Shown: positions 1-8,081 of the stretch, one piece after another | Numbering within the stretch: the first letter of the stretch is position 1 | How the letters are laid out: each line of letters begins with the position of its first letter | NCBI GenBank assembly: GCA_964541945.1 | Contig: CAZISE010000020.1 | Location: 1,530 to 65,529, forward strand | DNA: 64,000 bases | From: an uncultured Verrucomicrobiota bacterium | GTDB lineage: Bacteria > Verrucomicrobiota > Verrucomicrobiia > Palsa-1439 | Direction of reading: 5' to 3' | The notes under the pieces: generated by a model | Databases searched by the model: none | What the model was told of the DNA's origin: nothing | Seen by the model: only the letters and a program-made list of their open reading frames with translations | Position numbers and translations under genes: made by a program

Positions 1-1240
1 CGGGTTTCTCCGTGCGCAGCTTCACGTGGGTGAACCGCAGCCCTTTGACGTGCCGACAGTAGAAACCGTACGCGGTCAGGACGCCGAACATCGTGCTTTC
101 GGGATACGCGTCGGGTCGCTCCGGGATTTTTCGGGTCGTGTGGGCAATGTCGGCGCCGCCATCAAAGGTGAGGTCAATGTTCTCCAGAGTGATGTTTTCA
201 ATCGGATGCCCCGGCAAGCCGGCAATCGCGCAGCCGTTCGTGGACAGACCGCTTCCCGTGATATTGCGAAGGTGAACGTTGCGCAGCGTTCCCACGCCAG
301 GCTTGGGGCCTTGGCCATAGAGGTGGGCACGATTACCGAGCCGCACAAAAATCGGCGCCATCACGCCCGTGATAGTCACGTCGGAAACCCGCACGTTGTC
401 CATGCGCCCGCCGTCCACAATTTCCAGTGCCACGCCGGCGAGACCGCGTTGTTTGCCATAGATGACCTGTGAATGTTTCGGCGAGAAGACGGTGCAGTTG
501 GAGATGGTGATGTCCACAAACCCGCCGCCGGACTCGGTACCCATTTTCAGCGCGTTGCAATGGCTGCTGATGGTACAATCGGTGATGGTCACATTCCGAC
601 ACGGCTCGGTGGAGAGGCTTTTCAGCACGATGGCATCATCATCGGTGTCCACCCGGCAGCGCGTGACGGTCACGTTGCGGCAACTGTCTATGTCCAGCCC
701 GTCGTTGTTGAACGAGACGTGATTGAACACCTCGATGGTACGCAACGTGATGTTCTCGCAAAGACGACAGTGCAACATCCAACTTCCGGAACTGCGGAGT
801 CGAATCCCTTCAATGACCACATTGCGACAATTCTCCAAGTAGAAGTTTTTCGGACGCGGTTTGGTTTTGTCACGAAAAGCGTCACCGTTGCCGTCAATTG
901 TTCCTTTGCCGCAAATAGAAATGTCATGAAGCCCCTCGCCATGGATCAAAGCGCGGGCGCCGACATAATCCGCCAAGCTTCGACTTCCCAACAGCGTCGC
1001 CCCCTCGTCCAACTCCAGCGTGACGCCGCTTTTCAAGCGGAGCGCCCCTGTTAGAAATGTTCCTTTCGGAACCCACACCGTGCCGCCGTCGTCAATTGCC
1101 TTTTGGATGGCCGCCGTGCAAAGTGTCTGGCCATCGCCTATTGCCCCGTAATCGAGAATGTTCCGCCCCTGACCGTCCACCGCGGAGATCAGGAAAACAA
1201 CAAGCATGATCGTTTGAGTAATTGCCACGGGCATTTGCAT
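1..1240 (-). CDS. Glycoside hydrolase family 28 (polygalacturonase/rhamnogalacturonase-like), N-terminal ~413 aa; the C-terminus lies beyond the window start. Not in the supplied ORF track because it runs off the edge.
   Basis: Manual translation of the reverse strand from ATG (complement of 1238..1240) shows no stop codon down to position 1. N-terminal signal peptide MQMPVAITQTIMLVVFLISAVDG. Right-handed beta-helix motifs typical of GH28: NNDGLDIDSCRNVTVTRCRVDTDDDAIVLKS (NTDG / GDDC equivalents), SSHCNALKMGTE, and repeated NVTI/NITL coil motifs. Confidence 0.75.
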   Translation of the reverse strand, partial: MQMPVAITQTIMLVVFLISAVDGQGRNILDYGAIGDGQTLCTAAIQKAIDDGGTVWVPKGTFLTGALRLKSGVTLELDEGATLLGSRSLADYVGARALIHGEGLHDISICGKGTIDGNGDAFRDKTKPRPKNFYLENCRNVVIEGIRLRSSGSWMLHCRLCENITLRTIEVFNHVSFNNDGLDIDSCRNVTVTRCRVDTDDDAIVLKSLSTEPCRNVTITDCTISSHCNALKMGTESGGGFVDITISNCTVFSPKHSQVIYGKQRGLAGVALEIVDGGRMDNVRVSDVTITGVMAPIFVRLGNRAHLYGQGPKPGVGTLRNVHLRNITGSGLSTNGCAIAGLPGHPIENITLENIDLTFDGGADIAHTTRKIPERPDAYPESTMFGVLTAYGFYCRHVKGLRFTHVKLRTEKP

Positions 1241-1492
1241 ACGCGCAACGATGTGCCTTTCATCCTGATGGCGTCAACGCAAATTTTGACAAGGTACGCA
1301 GGATTGCCCACCTCATCGTTGACATGATCTGGCAAAGTCCTGTCGTCTGCGCTCTGCGAAATCGGCAAAGCCGAATTCCCATTCGAAGGCTGTCAGGTCC
1401 AACTCCACAAACGATGATGAATCTCTACCCAGAACTTGTGTTCAACTCCCTGCCGGGGTAGTCTCCGTGCGAGGAAAGGACGAGGAAACCCC

Positions 1493-4400
1493 ATGAGGAT
1501 TGTTTGGAGCGGTCTACTACTGGCGATAGCCGGCATCGTCTCGGCGCAGGTGCCGCAGATGATCCACTACCAGGGGCGGGTCACCGTCGGTGGTACCAAC
1601 GTGACCGGCAACTACAACTTCCGTTTCGCTTTGGTGGACGGCACGGGTGCGACCACCTACTGGAGCAACGGCACCAGCGCCGTGTCGCTGTCAGTGAACA
1701 AAGGGCTGTACTCGGTGCTGCTCGGCGACACCAGCGTGCCGAACATGGCCTCGTTGCCAGCTAGCGTCTTCACCAACAGCGACGTGCGCCTGCGCGTTTG
1801 GTTTGACGGCGGCGGTGGCGAGCAACAACTCGCTCCCGACCAGCGCATCGCGGCTGTTGGCTATGCGCTGATGGCTGGCACGGTTACGGACGGCGCGATC
1901 ACAAGCAATAAACTCGCTTCTGGTGCCGTCGGCAGCGCGCAACTGGCATCGGGTCTGGCTAACGCCATCGTGCCGTGGCAGGTCAGCGGTTTGCAGACAC
2001 CGGTGGCGGTGGCGAACACCGGCTACATTCTCACCAATGCCGGTTTGACCGAATTGTTGCTGCCGTTTGCCGCCAACATCGGAGATGTGGTGCGCGTGTC
2101 GGGTGTCGGCACCGGGGGCTGGCAGATTGCCCCGAATATCGGACAGAGCATTGCCGGGTACTCGGCAGTCGTTACATTGGGAGGGACGTGGATGCCTTGT
2201 GCGACCAATTCCGAGGCGTGGTATGGATTGGCTGCCGATTATGACGGCAGTACGATTGTGGGAGTCAGTTCGTATGGCGGTCGCATTTGGGTTTCCCATG
2301 ACTCTGGAACGAACTGGATGGCGCGAGAAAATGTGGGGTATTGGACACAAGCGGCCTCCTCTGCCGACGGAACGAAGTTGGCAGTACTCGGTGGAACTGT
2401 TTATGCGACTCGGTCCATCTATACCTCGTCGGATGGTGGAACCAACTGGGTGGCGCGTGATAGCGCCCGCAACTGGAATGGAATCGCCTCCTCCGCCGAT
2501 GGTACCCGCCTTGCAGCGACAGTATCCGGCGGCCAGATTTACATCTCGACGAACTCAGGCGCCACGTGGACGGCGCGCGAACAGAATCGGAATTGGACTG
2601 GCATTTCATCTTCCGCGGACGGGATGAAACTGGTTGCGTCCGTTTACGGCGGCCTGATTTACACTTCGACGGATGGCGGCATCAATTGGACGCCGAGGGC
2701 TTTCACCAACAACTGGTCGCAGATTTCCTCCTCCACGGATGGCACCAAGCTCTTCGTCGGCACGAATCCCGGTTTCCTCTACACATCCAGTGACTCAGGC
2801 GAAACTTGGACACAGCGGGGCACCTCGAATTCATGGGTCTATGTTGCCTCCTCCGGTGATGGCAACCGTTTGATGGCAAACGCTCACGGGGAAAGCGGTC
2901 GCATCTACCTTTCCACCGACGGTGGGACAACATGGAACCAAGTCGAAAACGTCCGTTACTGGCGACAGGTTGCTGTCTCCGGCGACGGGAAGGTGCTCGC
3001 CGCCGTAGTGGACCGCGGATATATTTACGTGTCCCGTGCTGAGATGACAGGAACCACTGTCGCCGGTGCGCAAGGCACGACCGCCACGCTGCAATATCTC
3101 GGCAACGGCGTCTGGCAACCGCTCAATGAATCGTTGCTGGGCAACGGAGTTGTCGGTAGTTCACAACTGCGGGCGGGCGCGGTCGGTACTGCACAACTGG
3201 CCGCCAATGCTGTCCAAACCTCCAACATTGCCACCGGCGCCATCACCGGCGTCAACATCGCCAGCAACACCATCACCGCCGCGCAACTGGCCAAACCACC
3301 CCGCTCCGGCAGCATCGCCTCCGCGACCCTGAGTCTCGATTTCGATCAAGCCGATGGCACCGTCACGTTCGCGCCCCCCTTCAATGCCACGCCGAATGTC
3401 ACACTGAGTTTGGAAACGACCGACCTGACACTCCCCAGCACCAGCACGCTGTTCCTGAAAGGCAAAACAAGCACAAACTTCGCCTTTCACTGGTCGGCAC
3501 TGCCGGTGACAACGCCGGTGACCGTGGACGCGACTGGCAACGTCGGCAGCTTCACTTCGCTGGCGGTGGTCAACGGCACCCCGGCCATCAGTTATCGCGA
3601 CGAGGCCAACTACGACCTGAAATACGTGCGAGCTACCGATACCAACGGCACCGCTTGGGGCACGCCCGTCAGCGTGGACACCGCCGGCAACGTCGGTTAC
3701 TTTACCTCGCTGGCGGTGGTCAACGGCAACCCCGCCATCAGCTACTACGACAGCAGCAATGGTGACCTCAAATACGTGCGGGCCAACGATGCCGACGGCA
3801 CGAGTTGGGGCACGCCCGTCAGCGTGGACACCAACGGCGTCGTCGGCCAATACATTTCAATGGCGGTGGTCAACGGCAACCCGGCGATCAGCTACCACGA
3901 CGAGACAAACCACGACCTGAAATATGTCCGAGCCAACGATGCTAGTGGCACAACTTGGGGCACGCCCGTCAGCGTGGATACCGCCGGCAACGTCGGCAGA
4001 TGCACCTCGCTGGCGGTGGTCAACGGCAACCCCGCCATCAGTTACTACGACGACAGCAACCACGACCTGAAATACGTCCGAGCCAACGACACCAACGGCA
4101 CGACCTGGGCGACACCCCTCACACTGGATGCTACCGGCACCATTGGCTGGGACAACTCGCTGGAAGTGGTCAATGGCAACCCGGCCATCAGCTATCGCGA
4201 TGGCACCAACTACGACTTGAAATACATCCGGGCCACTGACGCCAACGGCACGACTTGGGGCACGCCCGTCCGTGTGGACACTAACGGCGCTGTCGGTATT
4301 TACACTTCGCTGGCGGTGGTCAATGGTCAGCCGGCCATCAGCTACTACGACGAGACAAATCAGGACCTGAAATACGTTCGGGCCAACGACGCCAACGGCG

Positions 4401-4588
4401 CGACCTGGGGCACGCCCGTCAGTTTGGATACCGCTGGCAACGTCGGCCAGTACACCTCGTTGGCGGTGGTCAACGGCCAGCCGGCCATCAGCTACTTCGA
4501 CGTCACCAATCTCGCCCTGAAATTTATTCGTCAGCGCGGCACCAACTATCCGCCTTTCACCGTCAACTGGATCGCCTTGGAACCGTAA
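1493..4588 (+). CDS. Large secreted multidomain protein (1031 aa). It has a signal peptide, an N-terminal 'tail-fibre-like' module (IHYQGRVTVGGTNVTG...FRFALVDG), a BNR/Asp-box-like beta-propeller (6-7 x S-x-D-G-G-T-N-W), an H-type-lectin-like segment and 7 x 50-aa C-terminal repeats that probably form a second 7-bladed propeller.
   Basis: ATG at 1493 preceded by gaggaaaggacgagga (SD-like). Signal peptide MRIVWSGLLLAIAGIVSAQV. Repeated SSDGGTNW / STDGGINW / SSDSGETW / STDGGTTW motifs. Seven tandem repeats of consensus VDTAGNVGQYTSLAVVNGNPAISYYDxxNxDLKYVRANDxNGTxWGTPVS. The ORF-track start at 1436 is probably upstream of the true start. Confidence 0.8.
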   Translation: MRIVWSGLLLAIAGIVSAQVPQMIHYQGRVTVGGTNVTGNYNFRFALVDGTGATTYWSNGTSAVSLSVNKGLYSVLLGDTSVPNMASLPASVFTNSDVRLRVWFDGGGGEQQLAPDQRIAAVGYALMAGTVTDGAITSNKLASGAVGSAQLASGLANAIVPWQVSGLQTPVAVANTGYILTNAGLTELLLPFAANIGDVVRVSGVGTGGWQIAPNIGQSIAGYSAVVTLGGTWMPCATNSEAWYGLAADYDGSTIVGVSSYGGRIWVSHDSGTNWMARENVGYWTQAASSADGTKLAVLGGTVYATRSIYTSSDGGTNWVARDSARNWNGIASSADGTRLAATVSGGQIYISTNSGATWTAREQNRNWTGISSSADGMKLVASVYGGLIYTSTDGGINWTPRAFTNNWSQISSSTDGTKLFVGTNPGFLYTSSDSGETWTQRGTSNSWVYVASSGDGNRLMANAHGESGRIYLSTDGGTTWNQVENVRYWRQVAVSGDGKVLAAVVDRGYIYVSRAEMTGTTVAGAQGTTATLQYLGNGVWQPLNESLLGNGVVGSSQLRAGAVGTAQLAANAVQTSNIATGAITGVNIASNTITAAQLAKPPRSGSIASATLSLDFDQADGTVTFAPPFNATPNVTLSLETTDLTLPSTSTLFLKGKTSTNFAFHWSALPVTTPVTVDATGNVGSFTSLAVVNGTPAISYRDEANYDLKYVRATDTNGTAWGTPVSVDTAGNVGYFTSLAVVNGNPAISYYDSSNGDLKYVRANDADGTSWGTPVSVDTNGVVGQYISMAVVNGNPAISYHDETNHDLKYVRANDASGTTWGTPVSVDTAGNVGRCTSLAVVNGNPAISYYDDSNHDLKYVRANDTNGTTWATPLTLDATGTIGWDNSLEVVNGNPAISYRDGTNYDLKYIRATDANGTTWGTPVRVDTNGAVGIYTSLAVVNGQPAISYYDETNQDLKYVRANDANGATWGTPVSLDTAGNVGQYTSLAVVNGQPAISYFDVTNLALKFIRQRGTNYPPFTVNWIALEP
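3524..4573 (+). repeat. Seven head-to-tail copies of an exactly 150-bp coding tandem repeat, with high DNA identity between copies.
   Basis: Copies start at 3524, 3674, 3824 and so on (gtggacaccgccggcaacgtcgg...ctggcggtggtcaacggcaacccggccatcagctactacgac). Long identical stretches are shared by copies. The antisense pseudo-ORFs 3161..3850 and 3857..4633 in the track are themselves repetitive for this reason. Confidence 0.85.
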
Positions 4589-4824
4589 CCGTTGCTGCCG
4601 CTCAACGCGATTCCCGACAACGGCACCGAACACGCTGTGATTGACACCAACGCGACCGACAACGTCCGTTTCTATCGCATCCTAATCACATATTCTTGGT
4701 CATCCAGCAAGCGGCATGTTCCGGCTTGTCGCCCTTGTGCTCGGCGTCCCGCTTCGCTTGGCTTGTTCCGGATTTCGTATCTTCTGCATCCCGTGGTAAA
4801 CACTTCCGCCTTTGTGGACTTGAT

Positions 4825-4855
4825 GCGCCGATATTCTATCATCGGCGCGTTTCTG
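4825..4855 (+). terminator. Candidate intrinsic terminator hairpin: 8-bp stem gcgccgat/atcggcgc, 8-nt loop, followed by gtttctg.
   Basis: Inverted repeat seen directly at 4825..4848 with a weak U-tract. It lies 240 bp downstream of the stop of the 1493..4588 gene in a 650-bp non-coding stretch. Confidence 0.3.
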
Positions 4856-5243
4856 CCGAATGCCAGACTGCGCGTGCTACCATGCGAGAAACTCGCCTGC
4901 CTGCGCCCCACCGAAATCAGCAAACCCGAGTTCACGTTGGAAGGGTGGCTGGAACGAATCAGCGACGATGATGACCACGCACAGGGCTTGCCTTCGACTC
5001 GCCGTCGGGGGGGATTCCTCACGCCAATGAACGCCCCCCTGCCATCCTGAGCGAAGCGGAAGCCGAGTTCGACGAGACGCAGGCCGCCGCAAATCTCTAT
5101 TGTGCCGCTTCTGGGACGACTCAAGAGAGGAAGCCAAAAACTCTTGTGAAGGTCAAAGTCCCCGGAAGAAATAGGAAAACTAAAACAATGCGGGGTGCCG
5201 CGGTTCGTGTCGTCTCCGCCACGGCAATGAAATCGGTCTGCGC

Positions 5244-6152
5244 TTAGTGCGGTCTGCCTCGTTGGACAAATTGCGAGGGCGAAAGTCCATACACTTTCTT
5301 GAAGGCCCGCGAAAAATGGTACGCATCCGCGAATCCCATTTCCTCCGCCACTTCCTTGACCAGGCGGTCGGAACCCAACAATCGGTCGGCGGCGTGGTTC
5401 ATCTTCAACCGCATCAGGTAATGGTACGGGCTGTTGTGCCCGAATCGGCGGAACAAGCGGCACAAATACGCCTGCTCCACATGACAGGCCGCCGCCACTT
5501 GTTCCACGGTTCGCAACTCACCGTAATGCTGCTCGATGTGTCGTCGGCAGCGTTCGTAGGTCGCAAACGCGCGCGTCGCTGCCGACCCGAACGGGATGGC
5601 GCTTTCCGCAATTTTCAATACCAGCAACTCGACCTGCAGCGCCAAAATCCGCGGGGTATATGGCGTGCGATGCAGCCCGTTGCGAATAAGGTCGTCGAAC
5701 AAGGCCAGCACTTCGCTTGGCGCGGAAGTTTGAATGATCGTGCCCGGTTTTGGCGCGTTACGTCGTAGCAGTGCCTCGGCGTTCTTCCCGGTAAAGTCCA
5801 CGAAATACTTCACCAATGTTTCCTTCGGATCCGAGACGATGTGTTGCGCCACTCCCGGCCCGTAGGAAAACAGCGTCCCCGGCGCCAGCTCCTGTTTGCG
5901 TCCGCCCAGGGTCAACTTCCCCTTTCCGCGCGCAACGAATTCGATGGACCAATATGGAAAACTTCGCCGACGAATCTCGTAATCGGGCGCGCAATGTTCG
6001 CAGCCACCGCAAACCACCGCCAGCGACACGGTCCGGGGCGGGTTCAGATCGAGGTAGAAACGCCGCCCCTCGGAGATTTGCATGGAGAAAAAATCCGGCT
6101 GTTGGCCCTCTTTCACAAGGAGCAGCTTCCACAAGCCTTCCGCCGAAGTCAA
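5244..6152 (-). CDS. AraC-family transcriptional regulator (N-terminal cupin/AraC-binding domain plus C-terminal double HTH).
   Basis: C-terminus EQVAAACHVEQAYLCRLFRRFGHNSPYHYLMRLKMNHAADRLL...VAEEMGFADAYHFSRAFKKVYGLSPSQF is a canonical AraC HTH_18 signature. It is divergently oriented to the epimerase operon. Confidence 0.9.
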   Translation of the reverse strand: MTSAEGLWKLLLVKEGQQPDFFSMQISEGRRFYLDLNPPRTVSLAVVCGGCEHCAPDYEIRRRSFPYWSIEFVARGKGKLTLGGRKQELAPGTLFSYGPGVAQHIVSDPKETLVKYFVDFTGKNAEALLRRNAPKPGTIIQTSAPSEVLALFDDLIRNGLHRTPYTPRILALQVELLVLKIAESAIPFGSAATRAFATYERCRRHIEQHYGELRTVEQVAAACHVEQAYLCRLFRRFGHNSPYHYLMRLKMNHAADRLLGSDRLVKEVAEEMGFADAYHFSRAFKKVYGLSPSQFVQRGRPH

Positions 6153-6242
6153 GAATGGACATCACAGAGTCAAGAACGGTCATTGTAACTTCCGGGGCAT
6201 CTTACTACAGTACGCGCGACATTGGACAGAAGGAGAACCGTC

Positions 6243-7286
6243 ATGAAAAAAGCCAAATACAGTTCGGACACACGGAAGGATGACCTGATTGTTGTCACCG
6301 GCGCCGGGGGATTTATCGGCGGCGCGCTGGTGCGTTATTTCAAGGACAAGGGATTCACCCGCCTCCGGGCGGTGGACAAGAAACCGTTGCCGCAATGGTA
6401 CCAGCGAATTGAGGGAGTCGAATCCCTGTGCCTGGACCTGACCAACGAAGAGTACTGTAAACGTGCCGTGGCCGGCGCCAGGGAAGTGTACAACCTCGCC
6501 GCTGACATGGGCGGGATGGGGTTTATCGAGCGGTTTCGCATCCAGTGCCTGCGCAGCATTCTCATCAACACCCATCTCATTGAGGCCGCCTACCATGCGG
6601 GAGTGGACCGTTATTTCTTCTCCTCCTCCGCCTGCGCCTACAACACCAAACTCCAGGAAGACCCGAATTGCCGCGCCCTGAAGGAATCGGATGCCTATCC
6701 CGCATTTGCCGAACGCGGTTACGGCTGGGAAAAATTGATGTCGGAAATGTTCTGTCAGGAATACTGGGCGGAACGAAAAATGAAGACCTTCATCGCCCGT
6801 TTCCACAACGTCTATGGCCCGTGGGGCACATGGGACGGCGGTCGCGAGAAGGCGCCAGCTGCGCTCTGCCGCAAGGTGATCGAGGCCAAATACGAGGGCG
6901 GCGGCACGCTCGAAATCTGGGGCGATGGCACGCAGACGCGCAGTTTCATGTATATTGATGACTGTGTGAAAGGCATTGATCTCATCATGCACTGCGACAA
7001 ACTCATCGCTACACCGGTCAACCTCGGCACCAGCGAGATGATTTCCATCAACGAACTGGCCAGCATCGCCGAGAAAATCGGTGGCATCCAACTCAAACGC
7101 GTGTATAAACTCGACGCGCCCAAGGGAGTGGCCGGCCGTAACAGCGACAATACGTTCATCAAGTCCGTGCTCGGTTGGGAACCGACAACGCCGATTCGCA
7201 AGGGCCTGGTGCCGACGTTCCGCTGGATCGAACAGCAGTACCTCGACCGCAAAGCCGGCAAAAAAACCGTCGAAGACCATCTCTAG
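6243..7286 (+). CDS. gme: GDP-mannose 3,5-epimerase homolog (GME-type NAD-dependent epimerase; GDP-D-mannose <-> GDP-L-galactose/GDP-L-gulose).
   Basis: Rossmann motif VTGAGGFIGG. Long GME-specific blocks YNLAADMGGMGFI, SSSACAYN, FHNVYGPWGTWDGGREKAPAALCRK, IWGDGTQTRSF and GRNSDNTFIKSVLGWEPT match plant and Methylacidiphilum GME nearly residue for residue. ATG at 6243 is preceded by aggagaa (SD) at the right spacing, so the track start at 6222 is probably 7 codons too long. Confidence 0.85.
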   Translation: MKKAKYSSDTRKDDLIVVTGAGGFIGGALVRYFKDKGFTRLRAVDKKPLPQWYQRIEGVESLCLDLTNEEYCKRAVAGAREVYNLAADMGGMGFIERFRIQCLRSILINTHLIEAAYHAGVDRYFFSSSACAYNTKLQEDPNCRALKESDAYPAFAERGYGWEKLMSEMFCQEYWAERKMKTFIARFHNVYGPWGTWDGGREKAPAALCRKVIEAKYEGGGTLEIWGDGTQTRSFMYIDDCVKGIDLIMHCDKLIATPVNLGTSEMISINELASIAEKIGGIQLKRVYKLDAPKGVAGRNSDNTFIKSVLGWEPTTPIRKGLVPTFRWIEQQYLDRKAGKKTVEDHL

Positions 7287-7292
7287 GACCGC

Positions 7293-8081
7293 ATGGCCGC
7301 CCGAAAGCTCACCGATATCATTGGCAACTTCCCGTACCGCATCGCGCTGGCCGGTGGTTGGATTGACCAGCCGTTTGTATCGGCGCACAATCCCGATCCG
7401 CCCGGCTCGATGGTGGTGATCAGCCTTGAACCGTTGTTCCCGTGGATGGACCGTTGCGGTATTGCCAGCAGCACCCGCCGCATCGCTCTCCAACGCTGGG
7501 GCCGTTTGCCGAAAGGCAACCCGCAGAAACGGGTGGAAGAATTGTACGAAGCCGAAAATCGTGGCAACCCAAATCCCTCCGGCTCGCAAGACATGATCGG
7601 TCTGCTCTACCCCGGCATCAGCCGCCTGGATTACGACATCCGTGTCAAAGGCGGATTTTTTCCCTGCCACATTGAGTCGTGCAACAATCCGAAAATCGCC
7701 CGCTGGCTGGAAACGGTCATCCGCGTGTTGCCTGTCGCGCCGCGTCCCGATGGCTACAGCCCGCTTGGCGTGAAAAATCTCGATCCGACCTGCATCGCCA
7801 GACTCGGACGGACCGGCAAGAACTGCTACGACGCCATTCTTGCCCGCGACGTGAAAAAACTCGGCCAATCCATGAACGACTGTATGGCTTGTTGGGAAAC
7901 CCTCATGCCCCATATCGTCCGCCATCCGACGATCAAGACCGATCTTGTCGCCCTTCTGAAGTATTACCAATCAAACTATCCCGGCGCCATGTACAGCGGT
8001 TGCGGTGGCGGCTATCTTTTCATTGCCTCCGAAGACCCTGTTCCCGGCACTTTCACCGTCAAAGTCCGCATCGCCCCATGA
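7293..8081 (+). CDS. Short (262 aa) GHMP-kinase-like protein (anomeric sugar kinase-like; resembles the N- and C-terminal motifs of fucokinase/heptose kinase).
   Basis: N-terminal YRIALAGGWIDQPF resembles the GHMP motif I of sugar-1-kinases (RISLAGGGTDLP). C-terminal SGCGGGYLFI resembles GHMP motif III (GAGGGGF). There is a weak glycine-rich middle motif PSGSQDMIGL. It is 7 bp downstream of gme. Confidence 0.45.
   Translation: MAARKLTDIIGNFPYRIALAGGWIDQPFVSAHNPDPPGSMVVISLEPLFPWMDRCGIASSTRRIALQRWGRLPKGNPQKRVEELYEAENRGNPNPSGSQDMIGLLYPGISRLDYDIRVKGGFFPCHIESCNNPKIARWLETVIRVLPVAPRPDGYSPLGVKNLDPTCIARLGRTGKNCYDAILARDVKKLGQSMNDCMACWETLMPHIVRHPTIKTDLVALLKYYQSNYPGAMYSGCGGGYLFIASEDPVPGTFTVKVRIAP

Noticed and set aside
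2170-3050. Regularly spaced ~40-aa repeats that could be mistaken for a CRISPR-like or satellite array
   Set aside because: They are protein-coding BNR/Asp-box blades (S-x-D-G-G-T-N-W) with divergent DNA and no spacer-repeat architecture. No CRISPR array, tRNA or rRNA signature was found anywhere in the window.
3161-4633. Two repetitive minus-strand ORFs (229 and 258 aa)
   Set aside because: They mirror the 150-bp tandem repeats of the plus-strand gene, so the antisense frames are open only because of the repeat composition.
4672-5463. 263-aa minus ORF between the giant gene and araC
   Set aside because: It overlaps the AraC gene's C-terminus in another frame and has Pro/Arg/Gly-rich junk composition. 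The region is more likely non-coding (candidate terminator at 4825..4855).
6180-7970. 596-aa minus-strand ORF
   Set aside because: Antisense to the GDP-mannose 3,5-epimerase and GHMP-like genes, which have strong family signatures. Its composition (Ala/Gly/Arg-rich, no motifs) is typical of GC-rich antisense frames.
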